64,000 nt of DNA from Candidatus Poribacteria bacterium (lineage in GTDB: Bacteria; Poribacteria; WGA-4E; PCPOR2b), in contig OZ244587.1 of assembly GCA_965218095.1 (NCBI GenBank), forward strand, positions 2,272,001 through 2,336,000, written 5' to 3'. Below, piece by piece: positions 50,714 to 59,944 of the stretch; the stretch's first letter is position 1; each line of letters starts with the position of its first letter. Made by a program: the position numbers and the translations under genes. The notes under the pieces were generated by a model that did no database searches, was not told where the DNA came from, and saw only the letters and a list, made by a program, of their open reading frames with translations.

Positions 50714-51658
50714 ATGAGCCACGCGCATCACCATCGTGTTGGGGAAGAAGATGGACATCACCCTAGCCATCAACAGCACCTTCAGAGCAAATTTCGATTC
50801 GCCATCCTGTTGACGGGTTTGATACTCATTGTGGAGGTGATCGGTGGGATTTTGTCGAATAGTTTGGCGTTGTTGAGTGATGCGGCCCATGTCTTATCCG
50901 ATTCACTATCGCTGATTATGAGTTGGCTGGCGATTTACCTGTCAACGCGCCCGGCAACGAACTTGCGCACCTACGGTTATCACCGGACGGAAGTATTCGC
51001 CGCCTTCGTCAACGGGGTTTCACTGATTGTGATCTCCGGGTGGATTTTTTACGAAGCCTTCCAAAGATTTATTGAGCCTGAACCCGTTAAAAGCAAAGAA
51101 ATGCTTGTCGTTGCTGTCGTCGGGTTCATTGCGAATATGCTCATTGTTTGGCTATTTTACGGGGAGGGACACAAGAGCCTCAATGTACGAAGTGCAGTGC
51201 TCCATGTCATAGGAGATGCCCTCTCTTCCGTCGGCGTCATCATGGGTGGGGTAGTGATATACTGGACTGACTGGTTTGTGGTTGATCCAATCCTCAGTTG
51301 TGGAATTGGTCTGGTCATCCTGATTGGGGCAGGGTGGGTCACGAAAGATTCAGTTCATATTTTATTAGAGGGCTCTCCCAAACACGCAGATGCCCAAAAA
51401 GTGGCAGCGTGCATCTGCGCAATCGATTCGGTCAAAGACGTCCATGACATGCATATCTGGTCTTTGTGTTCCAATTATTCTGCACTAAGCGCCCATGTGC
51501 TGATGGAGGAGAACAGAAGCGAATCGACACACAAGTTGCTGCAACAGATTAACAAAGAGCTACAAACACAATTTGGTATTTTCCATACGACAATTCAACT
51601 TGAGCACGTTGGTTGCCGCCACGAGGGGAACCTGTTGTGTAATGCCCCTCACCATTGA
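50714..51658 (+). CDS. Cation diffusion facilitator (CzcD/ZitB-like Zn/Co/Cd exporter)
   Basis: His-rich N-terminus, SLALLSDAAH, TYGYHRTE, LNVRSAVLHVIGD, VHDMHIW, HTTIQLE. Confidence 0.93.
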   Translation: MSHAHHHRVGEEDGHHPSHQQHLQSKFRFAILLTGLILIVEVIGGILSNSLALLSDAAHVLSDSLSLIMSWLAIYLSTRPATNLRTYGYHRTEVFAAFVNGVSLIVISGWIFYEAFQRFIEPEPVKSKEMLVVAVVGFIANMLIVWLFYGEGHKSLNVRSAVLHVIGDALSSVGVIMGGVVIYWTDWFVVDPILSCGIGLVILIGAGWVTKDSVHILLEGSPKHADAQKVAACICAIDSVKDVHDMHIWSLCSNYSALSAHVLMEENRSESTHKLLQQINKELQTQFGIFHTTIQLEHVGCRHEGNLLCNAPHH

Positions 51659-51767
51659 CTCGTTGGAAACAGCAAAACTCACATCAGTGCCAAAACAAAA
51701 ATCAGTAGATACTAATTAGGGGTCATGGAGCGAGTCATAACGCAACGATGCAGGCAGTAAGCCGCGG

Positions 51768-52260
51768 TCAACAGCTTAACATCAAGAGGAGTTCATCATC
51801 TTGGAGAGGCAGGTCTATGCGAGGGGGATTGGCAAGACCTGCAGCGAAAGGGCGGTAAAGATCGGACTGCCAGAGTGGCTCACCGTTCCTACCTGGATTC
51901 ATGTCTGCGTAGTTTGCCTCATTGGTAGCGATTTGGGCGTTCACATCGAAAAAATCCAGCACCGCTGGCGCCAAGTTATAACCCAGCGATCGTCGGCCCA
52001 TTGGCCTCACTCGTTGGGGTCGCTCGGCGCTCCGGGTTCATCGAGGCGTCCGGTTTTCTCAAGGATCCTCGCGGCGACAATCTCCTGGCACCATAGACAG
52101 AACCGGTCTTTGTCCCACAGCCGTGCTCCCTTTTCATTAATGTAACTTCCCTCAGCGTTGGCCGTGGGGTCATTCTCACGGACTTGCGTGAACTTAAAGT
52201 TGTCGTGCTTTCCATTCATCAGACACCGGTACTCCGAGTTGAGTCTGAAAGAGCCTGCCG
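51768..52260 (-). pseudogene. C-terminal remnant of an M64-like metallopeptidase
   Basis: SEYRCLMNG..FCLWCQEIV Cys pattern; truncated by the upstream enolase-family gene; stops downstream. Confidence 0.35.
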
Positions 52261-52261
52261 T

Positions 52262-53338
52262 TTATGCTGATGCAACTGTCAATTCCTTCAGCTTGCCCTC
52301 ATCCAACTCGACACCCAGTCCCGGTCCCTCAGGTGGATAAAGATAACTACCTTCAGCCCGGATACGCTCCCGCGCCGGCGACGCCATGTAGAGCACGGGG
52401 CCCATGGGATCGCAGGGAAAGGAAAGGTTGGGCATCGAAACCCCGACATGGACTTGCGCTGCTGTCCCCAGGGTCGATTCTTGATCTGTGCCAATCAGAC
52501 ACCTGAGCCCCGCCGCCTCTGCCAGCGCAAACAGCCGACGGATATGGGTCGGTCCCCCCGACACGCACGCCACGTTGAACACCGTGCAGGAACCACGCTC
52601 GGCTGCCTCGTATCCCTGCTCCAGGCTGTTGATGTGCAGGCTCACCGGCAGATCCATTCGCCTGGTGAACTCCGCAGACACTCGCAGGTTGCGTGAGGGT
52701 TGCTCAAAATGGTAAGGTGCATGATGCCGAAGCACATCGGCGTAGCACAGAGCTGTTTCCCAGTCATTGAATCGTCCAGAAAAATCCAGTTGCTTGAGCT
52801 TGATCTGCTCGCCAAAGCGAGACTTCATCTCGGTCAAGAACCGGTCGTCCAACGCACTGTCACCTGACACGTAGTAGCGGAAGAGATGGTGCCCCAGGTC
52901 TACCAACCGCTGCAGGTAACCCGCAGCCTGCTCAAAGTCCTCCCGCACCTGCCGCCCCCAAATCGGATAGCAGCAATAAACGCGGTCTCGTATTTTGCCG
53001 CCGAGCAATTGGTAGGCCGGCACACCCTGTGCCTTGCCGTTGAGATCGTAGAGCGCCAGATCTATGGCGGAGGCGAGGTGCAGATTTGAGACTGTGCTGT
53101 CGAAGTTCTGCGCTCGCAGTAACTCATTGATTTCGGTAATGCGGGTGGCGTCGCGTCCCACTAGCAGTTCGTTGTAACGCCTGGCTACCGCGCCTAAATC
53201 GTCAGCGCTGCTGTCTGAAGCCTCTCCTAGTCCTATAGGACCGTCGTCCACATGAACCTCGACGATGACATGGCCGGATACATGGCCATAATAGCGTGGT
53301 GTTTCAATCTGGAATGTTTCGACTTTTGTGATCTTCAT
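52262..53338 (-). CDS. Mandelate racemase/muconate lactonizing enzyme family protein (divergent)
   Basis: MKITKVETF, IGLGE, SAIDLALYDLNGK..PAYQLLGGKIRD, FEQP, PEGPGLGVELDE. Confidence 0.88.
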   Translation of the reverse strand: MKITKVETFQIETPRYYGHVSGHVIVEVHVDDGPIGLGEASDSSADDLGAVARRYNELLVGRDATRITEINELLRAQNFDSTVSNLHLASAIDLALYDLNGKAQGVPAYQLLGGKIRDRVYCCYPIWGRQVREDFEQAAGYLQRLVDLGHHLFRYYVSGDSALDDRFLTEMKSRFGEQIKLKQLDFSGRFNDWETALCYADVLRHHAPYHFEQPSRNLRVSAEFTRRMDLPVSLHINSLEQGYEAAERGSCTVFNVACVSGGPTHIRRLFALAEAAGLRCLIGTDQESTLGTAAQVHVGVSMPNLSFPCDPMGPVLYMASPARERIRAEGSYLYPPEGPGLGVELDEGKLKELTVASA

Positions 53339-53389
53339 CTGTTTCTCCTTTCAGTGAGCGAAAAATTGCTAACCCCCCCCATGCTTGTT

Positions 53390-53640
53390 TGACATCATCC
53401 TTCGGTGGGTGCCAGCCTGCTATAACCCAATGATGGCGTGCGGTAACAATTGTTGCATGGTTCATTTGCAATGCAGTGACCGTTGCTCCGCCACAGGCGG
53501 TTCTGCCCACGATATGTGTGCCATCTACGCTCCATTTGAAATGCCGTTTCCAATTTTGTTTCTGTAGGTTGAACAGGCGTGTCTCTCGCCCAGTAAGCGG
53601 ATCCAGGGCATGAGTCTGTGCACCTTCTTTCATTTCCGAC
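53390..53640 (-). pseudogene. C-terminal fragment of an HNH endonuclease
   Basis: DPLTGRETRLFN..W.RHF.WS.DG..IVGRTACG.AT..ALQMN..WVIAGWHPP; N-terminal HNH core missing. Confidence 0.7.
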
Positions 53641-53649
53641 AGCGCAATT

Positions 53650-54918
53650 TCAGTTTTGAGTCGTAGAACGAAGATCGAATTTCTTCTGTCTTGTGCGGAA
53701 GTGTACCCAAAAGATGAGCGTGCCGATGGCGGTCAAGCTCGCACCCGTCAGGAAAAGGCTGCCATAGCCCAGCGCGGTGATGATGTAACCACCACTCAGC
53801 GCTATCGCTGAGAAGCTCAACCCCGACGCCATCTCACCGGCGCCGGACATGGTCGGCCGCCAGCCCGGCGACACCACCTCCATTGTGTAGACCAGGAATG
53901 TGGGATACCTGATCGAAGTCAAGGCAATCACTCCTATAAAACCGAGTCCCGCAGCACTCCAGTGAGGAATGAGTGCCAACGGCAGCAGGCTGATAGCTGT
54001 CCCCAACGACGCGCAGGCGGCGGTGCGACCATTGCCCCAACGCGCTGTCAGCAGAGGCACAGTCAATGCGGCTGGCACGGCAAGCAGTCTGCCGGCGGCC
54101 GATAACGCACCGATCTGGGTGGTGGCGATGTGCAAACCGGCGTCGAGGTAAACGTTGAAGAAGATGAAGATGGCGCCCACACCCATCACCACGAGCAGCC
54201 TGACCAACGTCAGGAGAGCAATCAGACCAAAGGGGGATGAACCGACTTCAACCTGTCTCTCCGGTACAGGTCGGGCGCGGACCTCATGGGTTGCCAGAAC
54301 TGCCAGAATCGCCGGAATCAGTAACACAGTGGCAATCAACAATGAGTATCGGTAAGGCGCCGCCTGATTCAGCGAAACACCGAGATATGCGGCAAGGAGT
54401 CCTGGCAGTAAACTACCGACCAGGCTGCCAGTGAATCCAGCCAGGGACCAGAGTGCCGCTTGCACTGAAAAGATATGATTGCGTTCCTCTGGGCTGGTGA
54501 CACCCATCAAAAACGGGGCGATGTTGACAAAGTATATGGCAAAACCGATGAAAGCCAGCACATAGGTCACTAACAGCCATCCAGCCTGCCAGGTCGCCGT
54601 GCTTAACTCAGCCAGAGGGAGTAGCCCGCCACCCGTCAGCAGCAGGCTTAGGCCGGCAATCATCATGCGCCGACTGCCCCAGTGTCCGCCGAGCGTACCG
54701 GCGGGTAGGCTAAAGAGAGCAAAAGCAAGCATTCCGGCGCCGTTGACTAGACCCACGAATTCCGGACCGTAGCCGAGGCGCAGCAGGTACAAGTTGAATA
54801 ATACGGAATAGACACCGCCATCAATGGTAAATCCGACTACCGTTGCAGCAGCAAGATATAGGCGTACGTCACGGTTGAATTTGCGCAGGACGTCCAAGTA
54901 AGTGGTGGGTTTGTTCAT
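53650..54918 (-). CDS. MFS transporter
   Basis: About 12 TM helices, LFNLYLLRLGYG, motif-A-like GTLGGHWGSRR. Confidence 0.9.
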   Translation of the reverse strand: MNKPTTYLDVLRKFNRDVRLYLAAATVVGFTIDGGVYSVLFNLYLLRLGYGPEFVGLVNGAGMLAFALFSLPAGTLGGHWGSRRMMIAGLSLLLTGGGLLPLAELSTATWQAGWLLVTYVLAFIGFAIYFVNIAPFLMGVTSPEERNHIFSVQAALWSLAGFTGSLVGSLLPGLLAAYLGVSLNQAAPYRYSLLIATVLLIPAILAVLATHEVRARPVPERQVEVGSSPFGLIALLTLVRLLVVMGVGAIFIFFNVYLDAGLHIATTQIGALSAAGRLLAVPAALTVPLLTARWGNGRTAACASLGTAISLLPLALIPHWSAAGLGFIGVIALTSIRYPTFLVYTMEVVSPGWRPTMSGAGEMASGLSFSAIALSGGYIITALGYGSLFLTGASLTAIGTLIFWVHFRTRQKKFDLRSTTQN

Positions 54919-54934
54919 GCTGTTTGACGATGGC

Positions 54935-55972
54935 CTATCCCGCCTCGGCTAGCCGGCGCGTGGTATCCACCACGTACCCCACATCCTCGGCTGTGATGTG
55001 CCGATGGGCAACCAGACGTGCGCTGGCAGGAGTCCGCGGGTTAGCAAGGATGCCATAGGTTTTCCACTTCTCTACTAAATCATTGGCACTCCATCCCAAC
55101 CCTCCGACGTTTAGCATAGCAAAGTTGGTCGGCGTGGGCGGATGCTGCACTTTTATACCTTCAATTTCCGCCAGCCTCTCGCAGAGCAGGCGGGCAATCT
55201 TATGGTCTTCCGCCAACCGGTCAACCATTTTCTCCAGTGCCACAATGCCGGCTGCCGCAATGACGCCGGCTTGCCGCATGCTGCCGCCCAAGTGTTTACG
55301 GACACGCTGGGCGTCGTTGATGAATCGGCGGTCCCCACATACCAGTGATCCGACCGGCGCACTCAAGCCCTTTGAGACACAGAACATCACCGAATCAACA
55401 TGCCGGATATATTCTTTCACGTCCACACCGTGCGCCGCAGCTGCATTAAAAATCCGCGCCCCGTCCGTATGCAGTTTCATGCTATGTGCCCTGGCGGTCC
55501 TGGACACGGCTTCTACCGCTGCGGGCGCCCACGCTGCCCCACCGCTCCCGTTGTGGGTGTTCTCAATGCACACCAGGCTCGGTTGGACCGTGTCGCCGGA
55601 GCGGATTACTTCTTTCAACTGTTCAGGTTGGATGACCCCGAATTCCGCCTTCATCGGGTGTCGTGTCAAGCCGTTGAGGGCAGCAAATTCCCCACGCTCT
55701 CCGGCGAACATGTGGGCGCGTTCCTCAAAGAAAACATCGTCCCCCGGACGGGTGTGGGCGAGCAGTGCACAGGCATTGCCCATCGTTCCGCTGAGGATGT
55801 AGAGCGCCGCCTCCATCCCGACCTTCTCAGCAGCCAACTCTTGGAGTCGGTTCACGGTGGCATCCTCATTATAACCATCATCTCCCAGTACCGCATTCAC
55901 CATCGCCTCCTTCATCTCTTCCGTGGGCAGAGTGACGGTATCGCTTCTGAGATCTACAGTTCTCTCTAGCAT
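54935..55972 (-). CDS. ltaE: Low-specificity L-threonine aldolase family (PLP)
   Basis: DLRSDTVT, SGTMGN, CIENTHN, HTDGARIFNAA, CVSKGLSAPVGS, GGSMRQAG. Confidence 0.9.
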   Translation of the reverse strand: MLERTVDLRSDTVTLPTEEMKEAMVNAVLGDDGYNEDATVNRLQELAAEKVGMEAALYILSGTMGNACALLAHTRPGDDVFFEERAHMFAGERGEFAALNGLTRHPMKAEFGVIQPEQLKEVIRSGDTVQPSLVCIENTHNGSGGAAWAPAAVEAVSRTARAHSMKLHTDGARIFNAAAAHGVDVKEYIRHVDSVMFCVSKGLSAPVGSLVCGDRRFINDAQRVRKHLGGSMRQAGVIAAAGIVALEKMVDRLAEDHKIARLLCERLAEIEGIKVQHPPTPTNFAMLNVGGLGWSANDLVEKWKTYGILANPRTPASARLVAHRHITAEDVGYVVDTTRRLAEAG

Positions 55973-56050
55973 AATCCTTTTTTCCTTTCCTCAGATATAA
56001 ATCGGCACAACACACGTCATTACACGCAGGTTGGGACACTTTACATCCCC

Positions 56051-57065
56051 CTAGAGTTCACCGCCGCAGGCACGGATAAGCGTCTCATGGGTCAGAAGGT
56101 CGTGTGCTGGAGAGAATAGCGGCTGGCGTTCCCCCCGGATCACCGCTATGAGCTCCTCCAGATCGCCAATGTAGCGGGGCCTGTCCTCTACGGGTACGGC
56201 CTGCCAACCTGATTTATAAGGTGCTTTCGCCTCCCGGAGGCAGAGGTCAATCTTTGGAGGTTCTATCGGTTCTAAGATGATGCTACCATCCAGTCCGTGG
56301 ACTTCCACCCGGCGGTGGAGGCCGGGCTCCGTCTCCAGAGCGGCTGTCTCTATCACGGCCATGGCACCCTGCTCGTCGTATTCCAACACCACCAGAGCGT
56401 TGTCTACCCCGGAGGGAAAATCATCATAGCTTCTGGCATCAGAGTGCAGAAATGGCTTAATCCGGTCGGCCCGGCCGAACATCCACACTGCCTGATCAAA
56501 GAGGTGGCAGGCTTCCTCCTGCATGATGCCCCCTGGATACCGGTGGACATGGTTGCGATGGTAGTATTCTTTGCCCGCTTCCGGCGCGGAAGCGGGCAAA
56601 GAATACGCGGCCTATGAGCCCGTCCCGTATGATTTTTTGGATGAATTCAAGGCCAGGGTTGAACCGCCATTGATAGCCCATCTGGATGAAGAGCCCCTTT
56701 TCTTTGGCGAGATCGTAAAGAGCGCACAACGCCGGCAAGGACATACCGGGGGGCTTGTCCAGGTGAATATGCTTACCCGCCTCCAGGGCCCGCCGCGCCC
56801 AGCCGAGGCATTCCCATGGCCAGGTCTCAATGTGGATAGCCTTGATGCTGGGGTCATTCAGCAGTCCATCGGCGGAATCAATCCAGCGTACACTAGCGTA
56901 TTCAGTCCTGCCGTGTCGAGCCTCCCACATGACCGAATCAGGCTCATGGATGCCCGCGAACTCTACGTTGAGTCGCTCCAGAACCAGTCTGGAGGCGTCT
57001 ACTACAAGCTTGGTTGCGTGAGTGTGGGCGATGCCTATTTGGGCGATGCGAAGTGTTTCCGACAT
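56051..57065 (-). pseudogene. Gfo/Idh/MocA oxidoreductase, frameshifted at a perfect palindrome
   Basis: IGIAHTHA, ALEAGKHIHLDKP, QMGYQWRFNP, then other frame YPGGIMQEEACHLFD; shift at ~56575. Confidence 0.85.
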
Positions 57066-57080
57066 ATATAAGTCTCCTAT

Positions 57081-57151
57081 TACGAGTTTTTCACTTAGCT
57101 CGGTTGGAGGCGGGATATACCTGATTTTCCCCTCTAACTGAAAAAGTCGTA
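57081..57151. mobile_element. MITE (family B), 71 bp, with 6-bp TSD
   Basis: TACGAGTTTTTCACTTAG / CTAACTGAAAAAGTCGTA; TCCTAT at 57075-57080 and 57152-57157. Confidence 0.8.
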
Positions 57152-57199
57152 TCCTATCTGTTTTTTACTCATGTTTCTTTGTATTCTGATATCGTGATG

Positions 57200-58336
57200 T
57201 CAATGAGGCGCGCCCCGGAATTTCTTGACCACATCTTCGTTCAATTCAAAGCCAAGTCCTGGACGTTTGGGGACCTCGATAAATCCGTCCGCATCGACCT
57301 CTACCAGCGGGACCAGCAACTCGGAAATGATTGGTGAATCCGGAAATACCATCGGTGTCTCGAAATACGGCATGTTTGGCAGCACCGCCGCCAGGTGGAT
57401 TTCCGCGGCTACGCCGACCAAATGGCACCAGGCATGCGGGACACAGATTAGCCCCCTGCGATAGGCGGCCTCAGCAATTCGGGCGATTTCACTGATTCCA
57501 CCTGAGCGGACCGAACTGGGCTGTACCACATCCACCCGGCCCTTCTCCATAACCTCCTCGAACTCAAAGCGCGTGGTGAAGCCCCAGTCGCCCACGGCGA
57601 TTCGTGTATCCACCACATCCGCCAACCGCGCATAACCGGCGAGATTGTCCGCCGGCAGGGGTGCTTCGATAAAGAACGGGTGGTATCCCTCAATCGCACG
57701 GATTGATGCAATGGCTTGCCCGACCTCGTACCAGCAATTCTGCACATCGATCAGGAGATCTCTGTCCTCGCCGATGGTTTCGCGGACGGCCCCCACAATC
57801 TCGGCATCGCGCCGGACGCTGACATGCCCGAAACCGCCGGGCCACTCCTCCAGTTTCATCGCCCGGAAGCCGCGTTCCTTCGCCAGCGTAAAACGCTCAG
57901 TGATCTCCTCCACATCCTCTCCCGGGGGGTAGACGGTTGCATAGGGCTTTACTTTTTTCTTGATTTCGCCGGTTTCCCGCACGGTACAGCAGGCGTGCCA
58001 GATCAGTTCGCAGACCGGCTTACCGAATGTCTTGCCCGCAATATCCCAGAGCGCAGTCTCCACCGCTCCAATCGCGGCAATGGTGACACCGCGCCGACCG
58101 AATAAACCGGTAGCAGAATACATCTTCTGCCAGAGGCGTTCAACTTGCAGGGGGTCTTCGCCGTGCAAGATTTGCTGCAAGCCGCCGTCGGTGCGAATGA
58201 TGGCGTCAATGATGAGCGACGGCGATTCCGCCTGCCCAATACCGGTGATGCCCTCATCGGTATGTACCCGCACCAGGGTCTCCCCAGCCTTACCCGGATC
58301 GACCAGCGCAATGGTTTCGATTTCTGTAATTTTCAC
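57200..58336 (-). CDS. Mandelate racemase subgroup acid-sugar dehydratase-like enzyme
   Basis: VHTDEGITGIG, VETALWDIAGK, LLIDVQ, FIEAP, DVVQP, VPHAW, PKRPGLG; RBS GAGGAG + GTG. Confidence 0.88.
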   Translation of the reverse strand: MKITEIETIALVDPGKAGETLVRVHTDEGITGIGQAESPSLIIDAIIRTDGGLQQILHGEDPLQVERLWQKMYSATGLFGRRGVTIAAIGAVETALWDIAGKTFGKPVCELIWHACCTVRETGEIKKKVKPYATVYPPGEDVEEITERFTLAKERGFRAMKLEEWPGGFGHVSVRRDAEIVGAVRETIGEDRDLLIDVQNCWYEVGQAIASIRAIEGYHPFFIEAPLPADNLAGYARLADVVDTRIAVGDWGFTTRFEFEEVMEKGRVDVVQPSSVRSGGISEIARIAEAAYRRGLICVPHAWCHLVGVAAEIHLAAVLPNMPYFETPMVFPDSPIISELLVPLVEVDADGFIEVPKRPGLGFELNEDVVKKFRGAPH

Positions 58337-58379
58337 TGGATTTCGACTCCTCTTTAACACTACAATGAAACTTGCTGTT

Positions 58380-58414
58380 GTAGCGCATGCGGACCCGATC
58401 TGTCGGGGCTCTAC
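58380..58414. repeat. GTAG-type REP-like hairpin with CCCGA..TCGGG core
   Basis: GTAGCGCATGCGGACCCGATCTGTCGGGGCTCTAC. Confidence 0.5.
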
Positions 58415-58542
58415 TTATGCCAATTCTACATTGAATGTTTCGTTAGCTGCCATTTTGAACGTAGCGAAGAATCTCAATCTGATCGATCATAGCGATCCTT
58501 TCCCACCTTACGTTCCACGATTCATGATTCACGTTTCACGCA

Positions 58543-59205
58543 TCACAACTCACCCTTGAAATAGAGACAATGCGCTGTAATCGGACACAGATCACATTTC
58601 GGTTTTCGGGCGTTGCAGATCTGGCGTCCAAAAGTAATCAGGTTCATGTGAAATGAAAACGCTTTTCCTTCAGGAATGATCTGCGGCATCAACTCATGCG
58701 CCTTTTCCGCAGTGCAGTTTGGTGGCACAAATCCAAGTCGTTTACTGATCCGCAAGACATGCGTATCCACGGGGAAGACATCGCGTCTACAAGCAAAGGC
58801 GAGCGTGACTGAGGCAGTCTTAATCCCAATGCCTTTGTGTTGACACAAGAATTGCAGTACTTCCTCGGTATCCATTTCACGGATAAATTCCAGGTCTAAC
58901 GCGCCGTGTTCTGCCTTGAGCCACGTCAGGAAGTTCTTAATCGTTCGACTTTTCTGCGCGTGCAGTCCCGCAATTTTGATCGCTTCCCCAATTTCCTCCA
59001 CATCCGCTTCGAGCACCTCTTCCCATGTCGGAAAGCACTCCTTGAGGGTTGCGAATCCCTTATCGCGGTTGACATCATTTGTGTTCTGGGACAAGATTGT
59101 GCGGATTAAACACTCTAAGACATTTCTTTCCAGATCGGGTTCGGGAACACCGTAGAGTTCTTCCAAGGCGTCGGAAACCAACTGTGCTTTCTGCTTGCGA
59201 TTCAA
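58543..59205 (-). CDS. nth: Endonuclease III-related HhH-GPD DNA glycosylase with 4Fe-4S loop
   Basis: TILSQNTND, KGIGIKTA, FPVDTHVLRISKRLG, CNARKPKCDLCPITAHC. Confidence 0.85.
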   Translation of the reverse strand: MNRKQKAQLVSDALEELYGVPEPDLERNVLECLIRTILSQNTNDVNRDKGFATLKECFPTWEEVLEADVEEIGEAIKIAGLHAQKSRTIKNFLTWLKAEHGALDLEFIREMDTEEVLQFLCQHKGIGIKTASVTLAFACRRDVFPVDTHVLRISKRLGFVPPNCTAEKAHELMPQIIPEGKAFSFHMNLITFGRQICNARKPKCDLCPITAHCLYFKGEL

Positions 59206-59399
59206 ATAATACCTCCTGCGATAGAATAATAGAATTTTGGGATCAAGTTAAGGCAACAAGATCCCCGCTCCCCCAAAAGTTCAGGGGCGGACAGGGGGCG
59301 AGGGAGCGAGAAAAAGCACCCCTCACATACTCGCCCCTCTGTTGGGCGGTGATACGTCTCTCACCGCGGTTTGTCAGTCAATCCGGTGTCTCTTTTGAC

Positions 59400-59664
59400 C
59401 TGTGAGCAAAAACGTAAGCCCGTGCATAATGAAAGTGAATCTGTTGTTGCCAGTTGCCAGCGTCCAATTCCTAAACGCCCAGCCGAGAGCACTCGTCTCG
59501 CTGTTGCTAAACTGTTGATGGAGGTGCGCAAAACCCAACTGAAATAAACTTCGTTTGCCGACCCACGCCACTGTCCTTCGACGCCCCATCGGTCGTTGGG
59601 ACAGGTGTTCGGCAGCCACTTGAGCCTCTGTATATAACACCACCGATGTGGCTAAATCCATCAC
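59400..59664 (-). pseudogene. Possible C-terminal remnant of an IS4-like transposase
   Basis: KRSLFQLGF..AFRNW resembles IS4 transposase tails; no catalytic core visible. Confidence 0.3.
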
Positions 59665-59944
59665 TTGGCATTGTTCCCAATGCCAAACTGTCGATTTGTA
59701 ATCAACAAAGGTCGCTTCAATGGGATACCTATACGATACCCGGCTAACTTATACCTGTCCGCCCTTGAACCCTACGAGGGAAGGAGGAGTTTTTGCGATT
59801 CTGCCCCCAGTTCCGGTGCGAAGCACCGAGAATCCTCGACCTTCGGTCGTGACATTGGGGGGCCGGGGGGCAAGTCAAAGACTCTCGGTCGGAGACCGGA
59901 GCCACCGGTGGATCTGCCGGTATGCGTTAAATCAGCACATCGCC

